Assembly (NCBI GenBank): GCA_002269645.1
Contig: NIVC01001615.1
Span: 151,620-215,619, forward strand
Source: Macrostomum lignano
Taxonomy: Eukaryota
DNA length: 64,000 nt
Direction: 5' to 3'
The notes below the pieces were generated by a model that saw only the letters and a list, made by a program, of their open reading frames with translations, did not search any database and was not told where the DNA came from. Both the position numbers and the translations under genes were made by a program. This document shows positions 20,617-33,279 of the stretch, one piece after another (the first letter of the stretch is position 1; each line of letters opens with the position of its first letter).

Positions 20617-23600
20617 TCAGTCTATCAGCGCCTCGGCCAGCACCCAGACCTCCTCCTTGGGCTTAGTCAGCAGGCCGAAGCTGGACACAGCCGTGTAGGT
20701 CTCGTCAACCAGCCGGAAGCGGAAGGCGGCCAGCAGGCGCGACAGCCACAGGGCCGTCTCGGCGTAGGCCAGCCGGTAGCCCGGGCACTTGCGGCGGCCA
20801 AAGCCGAAGGGTTCAAACAGCTGCTGGCCGGTCCACCTGTCCGGGTTGAAGTCGTCCGGCTCAGGGTAGGCCTCTGAGCACATGCCGGCCGCGCCGAGCG
20901 CTTGGATCACCGGGGTGCCGGCTGGCAGCTGCGAAGGGGGCAGGCGAGAGTGCTCGGAGATGAGGGATCAGGGTTACTCTGTCATTCCTGCTAGATTGCT
21001 GCTTTAGGAACTTTAGGTTAGATAGACTCACATTTCAGGTCTATGAATCGAGAAAATTATTTCTTTTCGGGTTTACTACGAGCTTTTTCCAACTATTTCT
21101 ATTCTCAACTTTGCCAGAGATTTTTCCTCCTGGGATTTCCCTGCAAAATAGATTCCCTCCTGCTGGGATTTCCCTGCAAAATAGATTCCCTCCTGGGATT
21201 TCCCTGCAAAATAGATTCCTTCCTGGGATTTCCCTGCAAAATAGATTCTCTCCTGGGATTTCCCTGCAAAATAGATTCTCTCCTGGGATTTCCCTGCAAA
21301 ATAGATTCTCTCCTGGGATTTTCCTGCATAATAGATTCTCTTTCCCGGGATTTCCCTGCAAAATAGATTCTCCCTCCTGGGATTTCCCTGCGAAATAGAT
21401 TCTCCCCCTGGGATTTCCCTGCGAAATAGATTCTCCCTCCTGGGATTTGCCAGCAAAATAGATTCTCCCGGCTGGGATTTCCCTGCCAAATAGATTTTCC
21501 CTCCTTGGATTTCCCTGCAAAATAGATTCTCCCGCCTGGGATTTGCCAGCGAAAAAGATTCCCTCCTGGGTTTTCCCTGCAAAATAGATTCTCTCCTGGG
21601 ATTCCTCTGCGAAAGAGATTCTCCCTCTTGGGAATTCCCAGCTAAAAATACTTCTGGAATTTCCCTGCCTAATAGATTCTCCCTCCTGGGATTCCCCTGC
21701 AAGAGATTCTCCCTCTTGGGAATTCACAGCTAAAAATACTCCTTCTGGGATTTCCCTGAATAGATTTTCCCTCCTTGGATTTCCCTGCAAAATAGATTCT
21801 CCCGCCTGGGATTTGCCAGCGAAAAAGATTCTCCCCCTGGGTTTTCCCTGCAAAATAGATTCTCTCCTGGGATTCCTCTGCGAAAGAGATTCTCCCTCTT
21901 GGGAATTCCCAGCTAAAATACTTCTGGAATTTCCCTGCCTAATAGATTCTCCCTTCTGGGATATCCCTGCGAAATAGATTCTCCCTTCTGGGATTTCCCA
22001 GCGAAATAGATTCTTCCTCCTGGGATTTCCCTGCAAAATAGATTTTCCCTTCTTGGATTTCCCTGCAAAATAGATTCTCTCCTGGGATTCCTCTGCAAAA
22101 GAGATTCTCCCTCCTGGGATTCCCCTGCAAGAGATTCTTCCTCTTGGGAATTCCCAGCTAAAAATACTCCTTCTGGGATTTCCCTGCAAAAAATTCTCTT
22201 TTCTGGGAATCTGGGATTTCCCTGCGAAATGGATTTTTCCTGACGGGATTTCCCTGCAAAAGAGATTCTCGCTCTTGGGGTTTCCCTGTAAAAAATACTC
22301 GTGGGGTTTTCCTGCTTACGGTGTGGCCGCCGACCTCGACCTCGGTGTCGGACACCCGGGCAGCGAACGGGGCCAGACAGGACAGCCGCATAGTTTCGTC
22401 AAGGAAGGCCCGATGGAAGGTCATCTGCCCGATGGCTGCCATGTTGGCCTCTCCGGCGGCGCCGAGGACCTCAGCGGACTCGGCCCGGAGCCGGTCGGCC
22501 AGGTTCGGGTGTTGGATAGCATAGTAGAGGGCCCAGAGCAGCAGGTAGCCGGAGGTGTGGAACCCGCCAACCATGTAGGTGATCACATCGGATCGGAGAG
22601 CCTCCGCGTCCTTGGCGTGCAGCTCGATGGCCAGATCGGCGAAGGTCTTGTCAACGTCCGAGTCGAACTTCATGGCCGAGCGTCGGCGTACGGTTGAGTC
22701 CACGAATTCGTGCAGGTGCGAAAGGGCGTCGTTGAATGCCTGGATAGCATCGGGTAGGGCGTTGTGAGTTCAATTACAATGGCTAAATGTAACACCTGCT
22801 TTTAGTCTTAAGCTCAGGATTTGGATCTCTCTATCTGGGTTCTTCATAGCTGGATTCGGGATCTTCATGTTTGGAATTGGGATCTTCATGTTTGGATTCG
22901 AGATCTTCATATTTGGAATCGGGATCTTCATGTTTGGAATTGGGATCTTCATGTTTGGAATTGGGATCTTCATATTTGGAATTGGGATCTTCATGTTTGG
23001 AATTGGGATCTTCATGTTTGGAATTGGGATCTTCATGTTTGGATTCGAGATCTTCATATTTGGAATTGGGATCTTCATATTTGGAATCGGGATCTTCATG
23101 TTTGGAATTGGGATCTTCATATTTGGAATCGGGATCTTCATATTTGGAATCGGGATCTTCATGTTTGGAATTGGGATCTTCATATTTGGAATCGGGATCT
23201 TCATGTTTGGAATTGGGATCTTCATATTTGGAATCGGGATCTTCATATTTGGAATCGGGATCTTCATGTTTGGAATTGGGATCTTCATATTTGGAATCGA
23301 ATCCTATTTGAGTTGGGTATTCGGGATCAGAATCCCAACAGTCGCGCACCTGGACGCGATGATCGCCAGCCTCGGGCTCTCCCTGAGTCAGACGCGCCTC
23401 CATCTCGTTCCAAGCGAGATCGTAGCAGGATTTTAATTGAGCCACCTGAGTATGGGATTTGGGATGAAGAATAAGCAATTAGGAAATTAGAAAGCGTTTT
23501 ATTACAGAAACATATTTGCTGTACAAGCAGCAAAAACAGCCACCTGCTCATCGGGCAGGCTGGCGCTGTCGGGCTCGACTGTCACTCGAAGAATCGCTTT

Positions 23601-26600
23601 GATGGCCAGGCCAATGCAGAAGCGGGACAGCGGTATTCGCTCGCCCTTGGCGGCCATGGCCCGCAGCTTCTCAATCAGCTCGTCTGCGCACTCGTCCAGC
23701 ACGGGGAAGGTCCGGCCGACGGCCTCGTGCGAGAAGGCCCGGTCGAAAGTGTTCCGCCGGGTGCGGCCGTCCAGCCCGTTGGCGTATTGGATGGACTTCG
23801 GGCCTGAGAATTAGGGGCATTTATTTGGGGATCTGGGAGGTATGTGGCCCAGCAACTGAGAATTTGGGATGCTGTGGCCTAGCAGCTGAGGATCTGGAAG
23901 GCTGGCCCAGAAACTGAGGATCTGGGAGGTTGGCCCAGCAACTGACACTCTGGGAGGCTGGCCCAGCAACTGACACTCTGGGAGGCTGGCCCAGAAACTG
24001 AGGATCTGGGAGGCTGGCCCAGCAAATGAGGATCTGGGAGGGTGGCGGTGGCCCAGCAGCTGAGGATCTGGGAGACTGTGGCCTAGCAACTGAGGATCTG
24101 GGAGGTTGTGGCCTAGCAACTGAGGATCTGGAGGGTGGCGGTGGCCCAGCAGCTGAGGATCTGGGAAACTGTGGCCTAGCAACTGAGGATCTGGGAGGTT
24201 GTGGCCTAGCAACTGAGGATCTGGGAGGCTGTGGCCTAGCAACTGAGGATCTGGGAGGTTGTGGCCTAACAACTGAGGATCTGGTAGAGTGGCGGTGGCC
24301 CAGAAGCTGAGGATCTGGGAGGTTGTGGCCTAGCAGCTGAGGATCTGGAAGGCTGGCCCAGAAACTGAGGATCTGGGAGGTTGGCCCAGCAACTGACACT
24401 CTGAGAGGCTGGCCCAGCAACTGACACTCTGAGAGGCTGGCCCAGCAACTGACACTCTGGGAGGCTGGCCCAGAAACTGAGGATCTAGGAGGCTGGCCCA
24501 GCAAATGAGGATCTGGGAGGCTGGCCCAGCAACTGAGGATCTGGGAGGTTGTGGCCTAACAACTGAGGATCTGGTAGAGTGGCGGTGGCCCAGAAGCTGA
24601 GGATCTGGGAGGTTGTGGCCTAGCAGCTGAGGATCTGGAAGGCTGGCCCAGAAACTGAGGATCTGGGAGGTTGGCCCAGCAACTGACACTCTGAGAGGCT
24701 GGCCCAGCAACTGACACTCTGAGAGGCTGGCCCAGCAACTGACACTCTGGGAGGCTGGCCCAGAAACTGAGGATCTAGGAGGCTGGCCCAGCAAATGAGG
24801 ATCTGGGAGGCTGGCCCAGCAACTGAGGATCTGGAAGGCTGGCCCAGAAACTGAGGATCTGGGAGGTTGGCCCAGCAACTGACACTCTGGGAGGCTGGCC
24901 CAGCAACTGACACTTTGGGAGGCTGGCCCAGAAACTGAGGATCTGGGAGGCTGGCCCAGCAAATGAGGATCTGGGAGGGTGGCGGTGGCCCAGCAGCTGA
25001 GGATCTGGGAGACTGTGGCCTAGCAACTGAGGATCTGGGAGGTTGTGGCCTAGCAACTGAGGATCTGGGAGGCTGTGGCCTAGCAACTGAGGATCTGGGA
25101 GGTTGTGGCCTAGCAACTGAGGATCTGGGAGGCTGGCGGTGGAGAAGCGGATAAATTCTCACGCCTACATATGTCCGGTTCTCAATGCTGCATTCAAAAC
25201 AATAATCATGTGATTTTACCATTACTTTCTTAGCAGTTTTTTATATCAGTAAAAGAAAAATGAGTCCAAAGTGTCGAGGCCAGGCTCCCTTATCCTCAGC
25301 AAGCTACCTAAGCCAAGGCCAAAACTCGAATAATCAGCCACACTCACCAATGAGCGGCTCGAACAGTTTAAACAGCTCAGGCGGCCTGTCAAACAAGCGC
25401 ACGGTCTGTCGCATGAGCTCACTGCTGGCCAGGCTCACCACAAACTGCTGGCCGAAGTAGAATCCGGCCAGGGGGCCATGCTCAGCGTGCAGATCGCATA
25501 GGAACTCGTGTAGGCTGCCCGCTTTGCCAATGTCTGGCAAATTGCCAAGGCTGATACAATGGAAGAATGTGTTTAATCCAATATTAGATGGCCTATTAAA
25601 CTAATAAAGCACATTTATTATTGAGATATTTTAGGAGGACTTACAGCTTGTCGCTAGGAGGTGGGCCTGGAATGTCTGTCTTCTTCTTGGCACCCTAGAA
25701 TTGGTTAAATGAATGAAAAAAACTTCTATTAGCAAAGAAACTACTAAAGAAAATTATACTGATTTCTAGGTTTTTAATTCAAATCTTTTATTTTTTAATG
25801 TTCATATTTCTCCCATTTTAGGCAATTCTGAGTTTATCTAGGTTTTTTTAAGTAATAGGCACCCTGATTAAAAGCCCTTGTTTATTGCATTATTTCAAAA
25901 AAGGGCAAACTTAAAGAATACAATACTTTGTAAAGTGTTTAATCAATGTTACCATTTATGACCCACTCATTTAAACTATCAATATATTATTCAGCTATAT
26001 ACTTAGTTAAAACACTAAATTTTATTATAAACATCTTCTCTATAAAAGTAAATGTTGTTATATTATATATTGCATAAGCCCCCTAGAAGCCATTTTGCAG
26101 ATGGTGGGTGTTTGCCGGAAAATTCCAGCATACACTTGATTTCTGTGGCAAGTGGCGTATACCAGTGTACATTTCTTGGCTGTGTACAGTGTGGCATACA
26201 GTGTGGTGTATGGCGACTAGCATAGAAATTAATATAAAGAATTTTTTGTGCTTTTTCTGTGTTAAGTTATTTCAAAAACCATTTTTCTGCTACTATTTTC
26301 TCATTTACCAATCATTTTAATTACTGGAATTGTCACAACTATTGTCATGTCAAGTTATCAATTTTTTGTAGTTTAAGTTTAAATTTAAATTTAAATATTT
26401 GTTGATTTTTTTACCATTTTTTAAGTTGGCGTACATTTAAAATCTGTTGGCGTACAATTGAAAATTCAATAAAAATGTGTCCAGCGTACACAGAAAACCT
26501 TCCACAATATGGCCTAGAAGTTTTCAATGTGGCTAGCATAAATTGTGGCAACTCATGGGCAAGGGTCAATTGCAAAACTGACTATTGTATCAAAAAAAAG

Positions 26601-26938
26601 AATAGCCTAGAAGGAAAAGAACAATAAAGAAGAGGGAAAAAATAAAGTGGCACTGGAAAGCAAATAAGGCAAACAATAAGCAAAGTCCAAAGAGTAAAAA
26701 ACTAAGCAAGTTGCAACAGAAGCAAACTAAGTCGCATTATGGTAAAAACCAAGTCATACAGCCAATTTAATTTCAGAGGTCGAGCATGTATGCATTTTTC
26801 CCTTTATTAAAATACATAATTAAAAAATAGTTTTTAGATTCATGAGTTTAGTTCACTTACAGGGGAAGCATACAGAAGAAACCCGACAAGTGCCAAAATG
26901 AACAGTGCGGCAAATCCAACTACAAAAAAACTAATCAT
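20617..26938 (-). CDS. CYP20A1: Cytochrome P450, CYP20 family, 7 exons, 472 aa
   Basis: Exons 26938-26861, 25694-25645, 25550-25348, 23803-23544, 23445-23350, 22739-22320, 20928-20617; all GT-AG and phase-consistent. N-terminal anchor; GNLPDIGKAGSLHEFL..LH..HGP typical of CYP20; GGFHTS, ETMR, NPDRW, FGFGRRKCPG; C-terminal KEEVWV. Confidence 0.9.
21110..22310. repeat. Degenerate about 30-bp minisatellite in CYP20 intron 6
   Basis: Recurrent CTGGGATTTCCCTGCAAAATAGATTCTCCCT units with higher-order blocks. Confidence 0.9.
22857..23298. repeat. 21-bp minisatellite in CYP20 intron 5
   Basis: Unit GGAATTGGGATCTTCATGTTT. Confidence 0.95.
23828..25140. repeat. Composite minisatellite in CYP20 intron 3
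   Basis: Interleaved units built on CTGAGGATCTGGGAGG, GCTGGCCCAGCAA and GTGGCCTAGCAA, with block duplications. Confidence 0.9.
26090..26512. mobile_element. MITE with 8-bp target duplication in CYP20 intron 1
   Basis: CCTAGAAG at 26082-26089 and 26513-26520; imperfect TIR CCATTTTGCAGATGG vs CCATATTGTGGAAGG (11/15). Confidence 0.55.
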
Positions 26939-29039
26939 GTTGCAACATAAAGCGGAGTGCTTTACTCTAGCTGGATATGTGTCTTTTCTTTGACAAAACC
27001 TTTCAAAGTCTACAAAAAAATTGCCACGCCACGTTAAATAGTAGATTTCCAAGAAAACATTGCATTTAAAATTTCGCTTAACGCGTAATAGTTTACATGT
27101 ACTTTTATTTCTGGAAAAGTATTACGGATCTGAAAAGCAGTTTTACTTACAATTTTTCGGAGTCTCATGTAGTTGATTTTTTATCGTGTCTACTGATATA
27201 TCAGTTAAAATCCGTGTCTTGCAGAACACAGAACACTAAATAGACATAAAGTGTATTCGCCCAATGTACACAATCACCCGACGGTAACCGACTAGCTAAA
27301 CCGGAACTTTCGAAATCGGGCTTCCGACTAGAAGGGGCTTAGCACTTACCTGCCAACTAGTGTCTCGAAGTCTCGAAGTCATAGCCGATGATAAGGGACC
27401 CTGCTGGGACTTGATCGCATTGGCCATGCAGGTTACAGAGGGGACTTGTGTTGGAGATACTTGCAGTGGCGAGACTATGGGGTAGCTACATGTTCCATTA
27501 CATTGCAAAATACAAGGTATTGCACTTTTGGCCTTCAACGCGCCAACCAGCCTCTCGTAGTGCTGATGATAGACTCACTCGAGCTTTAGAGACCGCATGA
27601 TTCACCACCCGAGCTGCTTGGCGAATCTAGAGTGCACGGAAGTACACCTCTAGCGCCGATTTTGCAGTATTGGCGATTTTGCTAACCGATTTGATAGATT
27701 GGTCGACTGAGAACTGCCTTGCCATTGTTCCACTGTGACCGGCGCCTACTAGCTTAGCTCCTTATCTGGGCCATCGGGGAACAAAGAAATAAAACCATGG
27801 CAATGGCAAAACCTGTCAGATTTAATCTTCTCACTGAATCACTTCACACCTCAGATTGAGTTAGAGAAATTAGGCTATTAACAGTATTATTGAATGATTT
27901 CTGCTTCAATAACAGCACTACTGGACAAATTAGCAAAAGCGTGCGCCCAATCCAGCTACTTAAATAGGGGACAGATAAGGAATCACTTAATCAAGCAAAT
28001 CTAGGTAGCCTCTCACTCAACCAATCAGAAACTCAACAGCCGGAGACCAGGTAATCCACAGTGACCGAATCGGCTTAGTGCTTCGCAGCTGTAGGCCCGG
28101 GATGATGCTGTCACAATCGCTGCAGATAGCTAGAAGAAGGTGATGCTCTTAACCTCGATGCTTGATGCAATCGACCGGGGGAGACGTCCTTGCGATGATG
28201 AGGGGGGTTGTCGCAATCCGGGGATCAAGAGACAACGGTCGTGACTCCAGAATGGGAGCCGTCAACGTAAAGTGGGTCGAGTCCAGGGAGCCCGAAGGTT
28301 GAGTCATAAATCACTTTTGAGGTGTTGTCAAAAATCACTCGAAATCGCTAAATTATGATTTATGACTTTTCGCGTAGGAATTACAAAAATCAATGAAAAA
28401 ATATGCATTAGAAAGATCTTATTAAGTAGAAGGTGAATATGATGAAGAGAAATCGCTAATCGCTAATCCCAAAGTACTTTTAGGGCTAAAACGCATAGCT
28501 GTCAGAGCTGTCAAACGCTTGAGTGAACACGAACAATAGGCTCTGACCTCATAAATCTGATGGCCTGTCAAAAATGATGAGAAAAAAGCTATCCTCACAG
28601 ACCATTTGGCGCCAGCCCCAACACGGAGTGAGGCGCAGGTGGCTGTCAGACGTGCTCACAAGCAATGATTTATGACCCCAAAAATAGCGAAAAACCGCGC
28701 CCATGTTATAATGACTACAAATATGGCAAAACCATATAGCTACACAAATCCTACTAGTATGAATTCTAGGAAAATTACATAAAAAGAAGAAAAATGCCCG
28801 TAGCCTGCTGTTAGTAGGCTAACAAGTTTGGAACCCATGTGCGAGCGTGAGATTTGGAAAAGAAGTGCGTCCTCATCACTTCAGTAATTTTGTTCTATAG
28901 TTAAAAGCCTTGTGTCAGTTAATTATTAATAGTATTAATAGTATTACTACACTTTTTCTCCCTATACTTTGCTCCCCTTCCTAATCCCATGCTTTCCACC
29001 TATTTGACCCTTGGTTTCCTTGTTTCCTAACCCCTGGTT

Positions 29040-29845
29040 TCACTCTCTCTTGACCCCTAACTGCCCTTGCTTTCAACTACTAGCTGTGCTCCTTCTTGAC
29101 CCCTAACTGCCCTTGCTTTCAACTACTAGCTTTGCTCCTTCTTGACCCTTGGCTTCCCTCCCTCCTGACTCATGGCTTCCCTCTCCCTTACATACAGCTT
29201 CTCTCCCCCTGACCCACAGCTTCTCTCCCCCTGACCCACAGCTTCCCTCCCTCCTGAACCATGGCTTCCCTCCCTCCTGACCCATGGCTTCCCCCCTCCT
29301 GACCCATGGCTTCTCCCCCTCCTGACCCACAGCTTCTCTCTCCCTGACATACAGCTTCTTTCCCCCTGACCCACAGCTTCTCTCTCCCTAACCCACAGCT
29401 TCCATCCTGACCCGCAGCTTTCCAATTCCCCTAACCCACAGCTTCTCTCTCCCTAACCCACAGCTTCCATCCTGACCCACAGCTTTCCTTCCCCTGACCC
29501 ACAGCTTCTCTCCGCCTGACCCACAGCTTCTCTCCCCCTGACCCACAGCTTCTCTCCCCCTGACCCACAGCTTCTCTCCCCCTGACCCACAGCTTCTCTC
29601 TCCCTGACCCACAGCTTCTCTCCCCTGACCCACAGCTTCTCTCTCCCTGACCCACAGCTTCTCTCTCCCTGACCCGCAGCTTTCCAATTCCCCTGACCCA
29701 CAGCTTCCCTCCTTCCTGACTCGCAGCTTCCCTTCCTCCTGACCCACAGCTTTCCCCTGACCCGCAGCTTCTCTCCCTCCTGACTCGTAGCTTCCCTTCC
29801 TCCTGACCCACAGCTTTCCCCTGACCCGCAGCTTCTCTCCCTCCT
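29040..29845. repeat. Pyrimidine-rich about 22-23-bp minisatellite
   Basis: Unit CTGACCCACAGCTTCTCTCCCC with variants, followed by CT-rich low-complexity sequence to about 30015. Confidence 0.9.
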
Positions 29846-30744
29846 GGCTTGCTATTTTGCCCCCTGCTCTGTCTTTTTGCTCTGACTCCTACTGTCTGCT
29901 CTACCTTGCTCCTTCCCTTGCTGTGCTCCCTGCTCTTCTGCCCCTGCTCTGCCCCTGCTTTGCTCTCTGCTCTGCCCCTCTGCTGTCTGCTCTACCCTGC
30001 TGCTCTGCCCCCTGCTAAAGTATTTTCGTATTGGTACCGAGCAGCGCAGCTTATTGAAAGCACATTCGTCCTTCAGAGAAAGCTACCGGTAGAGCCCAGC
30101 TGCTGAACCATTGGCATCTTTGCTATGGTCTCTGGCGCGATTGGTCTAGCACCATGCAAGCAGGAGTTCACCTACAAAAACTATCCAAGCTTTCTACTAT
30201 ATGTGCACACTGAGCTGGAATAAGTTTGCGACCGTGTGCGCTGATGCGCTGACATCAGGTGCAAACGCTGCGACCGGCGAAAGACTGCAGCTGGCTCCGC
30301 TTAAGCAGCCGCCTCGAGCAACGCTGCAGCGGCCGGGTCTGCCGCTGGTTCCGCTTAAGCAGCCGCCTCGAGCGAACGCTTCATTCAGTCGGTGCAAAGC
30401 GTACCATACCCTTCAGCAATGCGGTTGTCGTAGCTCGTACTTCAGTATAAAAGTTAGCTCAGGATGAAACAGTCATTGTAAGGATTAAGCTGTCTTAAGC
30501 TGTCAGCAAAGGAAAACTCGTATAATTGACGGTTCAGTTTAGCTCTATTTTCAGTCAACTTTTTAACTTTGGTTACCTGTAACCCTTGTTCTACTTTTAG
30601 CCATGGCTTGTAAGTTTGTCGCTCCTGTACTGTATGCATGCAGTAGTACCGCCGGCCACCGTTAGTTTCCCTAGTCACCAATAGCCATAACACAAAAGCC
30701 ATGCACTCACAAAGCCATAACAGATTTTCGCAAAAGGCGGGGAG

Positions 30745-33279
30745 AGCGGGAGAAGGTGGCGGCAGCTGAGAGTGAGAAGGTGGCGGCAGCTGAGAGTGAG
30801 AAGGTGGCGGTAGCTGAGAGTGAGAAGGTGGCGGCAGCTGAGAGTGAGAAGGTGGCGGCAGCTGAGAGTGAGAAGGTGGCGGCAGCTGAGAGTGAGAAGG
30901 TGGCGGCAGCTGAGAGTGAAAAGGTGGCGGTAGCTGAGAGTGAGAAGGTGGCGGTAGCTGAGAGTGAGGTGGCGGCAGCTGAGAGTGAGGTGGCGGCAGC
31001 TGAGAGTGAGAAGGTGGCGGCAGCTGAGAGTGAGAAGGTGGCGGCAGCTGAGAGTGAGAAGGTGGCGGCAGCTGAGAGTGAGAAGTTGGCGGCAGCTGAG
31101 AGTGAGAAGGTGGCGGCAGCTGAGAGTGAGAAGGTGGCGGCAGCTGAGAGTGAGAAGGTGGCGGCAGCTGAGAGTGAGAAGGTGGCGGTAGCTGAGAGTG
31201 AGAAGGTGGCGGCAGCTGAGAGTGAGAAGGTGGCGGCAGCTGAGAGTGAGAAGGTGGCGGCAGCTGAGAGTGAGAAGGTGGCGGCAGCTGAGAGTGAGAA
31301 GGTGGCGGCAGCTGAGAGTGAGAAGGTGGCGGCAGCTGAGAGTGAGAAGGTGGCGGTAGCTGAGAGTGAGAAGGTGGCGGCAGCTGAGAGTGAGAAGGTG
31401 GCGGTAGCTGAGAGTGAGAAGGTGGCGGCAGCTGAGAGTGAGAAGGTGGCGGCAGCTGAGAGTGAGAAGGTGGCGGTAGCTGAGAGTGAGAAGGTGGCGG
31501 CAGCTGAGAGTGAGAAGGTGGCGGTAGCTGAGAGTGAGAAGGTGGCGGCAGCTGAGAGTGAGAAGGTGGCGGCAGCTGAGAGTGAGAAGGTGGCGGTAGC
31601 TGAGAGTGAGAAGGTGGCGGTAGCTGAGAGTGAGAAGGTGGCGGCAGCTGAGAATGAGAAGGTGGCGGTAGCTGAGAGTGAGAAGGTGGCGGCAGCTGAG
31701 AGTGAGAAGGTGGCGGCAGCTGAGAGTGAGAAGGTGGCGGTAGCTGAGAGTGAGAAGGTGGCGGCAGCTGAGAGTGAGAAGGTGGCGGTAGCTGAGAGTG
31801 AGAAGGTGGCGGTAGCTGAGAGTGAGAAGGTGGCGGCAGCTGAGAGTGAGAAGGTGGCGGTAGCTGAGAGTGAGAAGGTGGCGGTAGCTGAGAGTGAGAA
31901 GGTGGCGGTAGCTGAGAGTGAGAAGGTGGCGGTAGCTGAGAGTGAGAAGGTGGCGGCAGCTGAGAGTGAGAAGGTGGCGGCAGCTGAGAGTGAGAAGGTG
32001 GCGGTAGCTGAGAGTGAGAAGGTGGCGGCAGCTGAGAGTGAGAAGGTGGCGGCAGCTGAGAGTGAGAAGGTGGCGGCAGCTGAGAGTGAGAAGGTGGCGG
32101 CAGCTGAGAGTGAAAAGGTGGCGGTAGCTGAGAGTGAGAAGGTGGCGGTAGCTGAGAGTGAGGTGGCGGCAGCTGAGAGTGAGAAGGTGGCGGTAGCTGA
32201 GAGTGAGAAGGTGGCGGCAGCTGAGAGTGAGAAGGTGGCGGCAGCTGAGAGTGAGAAGGTGGCGGCAGCTGAGAGTGAGAAGGTGGCGGTAGCTGAGAGT
32301 GAGAAGGTGGCGGTAGCTGAGAGTGAGAAGGTGGCGGTAGCTGAGAGTGAGAAGGTGGCGGCAGCTGAGAGTGAGAAGGTGGCGGTAGCTGAGAGTGAGA
32401 AGGTGGCGGTAGCTGAGAGTGAGAAGGTGGCGGCAGCTGAGAGTGAGAAGGTGGCGGCAGCTGAGAGTGAGAAGTTGGCGGCAGCTGAGAGTGAGAAGGT
32501 GGCGGCAGCTGAGAGTGAGAAGGTGGCGGCAGCTGAGAGTGAGAAGGTGGCGGCAGCTGAGAGTGAGAAGGTGGCGGTAGCTGAGAGTGAGAAGGTGGCG
32601 GTAGCTGAGAGTGAGAAGGTGGCGGTAGCTGAGAGTGAGAAGGTGGCGGCAGCTGAGAGTGAGAAGGTGGCGGCAGCTGAGAGTGAGAAGGTGGCGGTAG
32701 CTGAGAGTGAGAAGGTGGCGGTAGCTGAGAGTGAGAAGGTGGCGGCAGCTGAGAATGAGAAGGTGGCGGTAGCTGAGAGTGAGAAGGTGGCGGCAGCTGA
32801 GAGTGAGAAGGTGGCGGCAGCTGAGAGTGAGAAGGTGGCGGTAGCTGAGAGTGAGAAGGTGGCGGCAGCTGAGAGTGAGAAGGTGGCGGTAGCTGAGAGT
32901 GAGAAGGTGGCGGTAGCTGAGAGTGAGAAGGTGGCGGCAGCTGAGAGTGAGAAGGTGGCGGTAGCTGAGAGTGAGAAGGTGGCGGTAGCTGAGAGTGAGA
33001 AGGTGGCGGTAGCTGAGAGTGAGAAGGTGGCGGTAGCTGAGAGTGAGAAGGTGGCGGCAGCTGAGAGTGAGAAGGTGGCGGCAGCTGAGAGTGAGAAGGT
33101 GGCGGCAGCTGAGAGTGAGAAGGTGGCGGCAGCTGAGAGTGAGAAGGTGGCGGTAGCTGAGAGTGAGAAGGTGGCGGCAGCTGAGAGTGAGAAGGTGGCG
33201 GCAGCTGAGAGTGAGAAGGTGGCGGCAGCTGAGTGAGAAGGTGGCGGTAGCTGAGAGTGAGAAGGTGGCGGTAGCTGAG
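30745..33279. repeat. 24-bp minisatellite (about 105 copies)
   Basis: Unit AAGGTGGCGGCAGCTGAGAGTGAG with a C/T dimorphism; abuts the LTR at 33280. Confidence 0.97.

Noticed and set aside
27700-28300. Possible solo LTR
   Set aside because: No convincing TG...CA ends with TSD and no second copy in the window.
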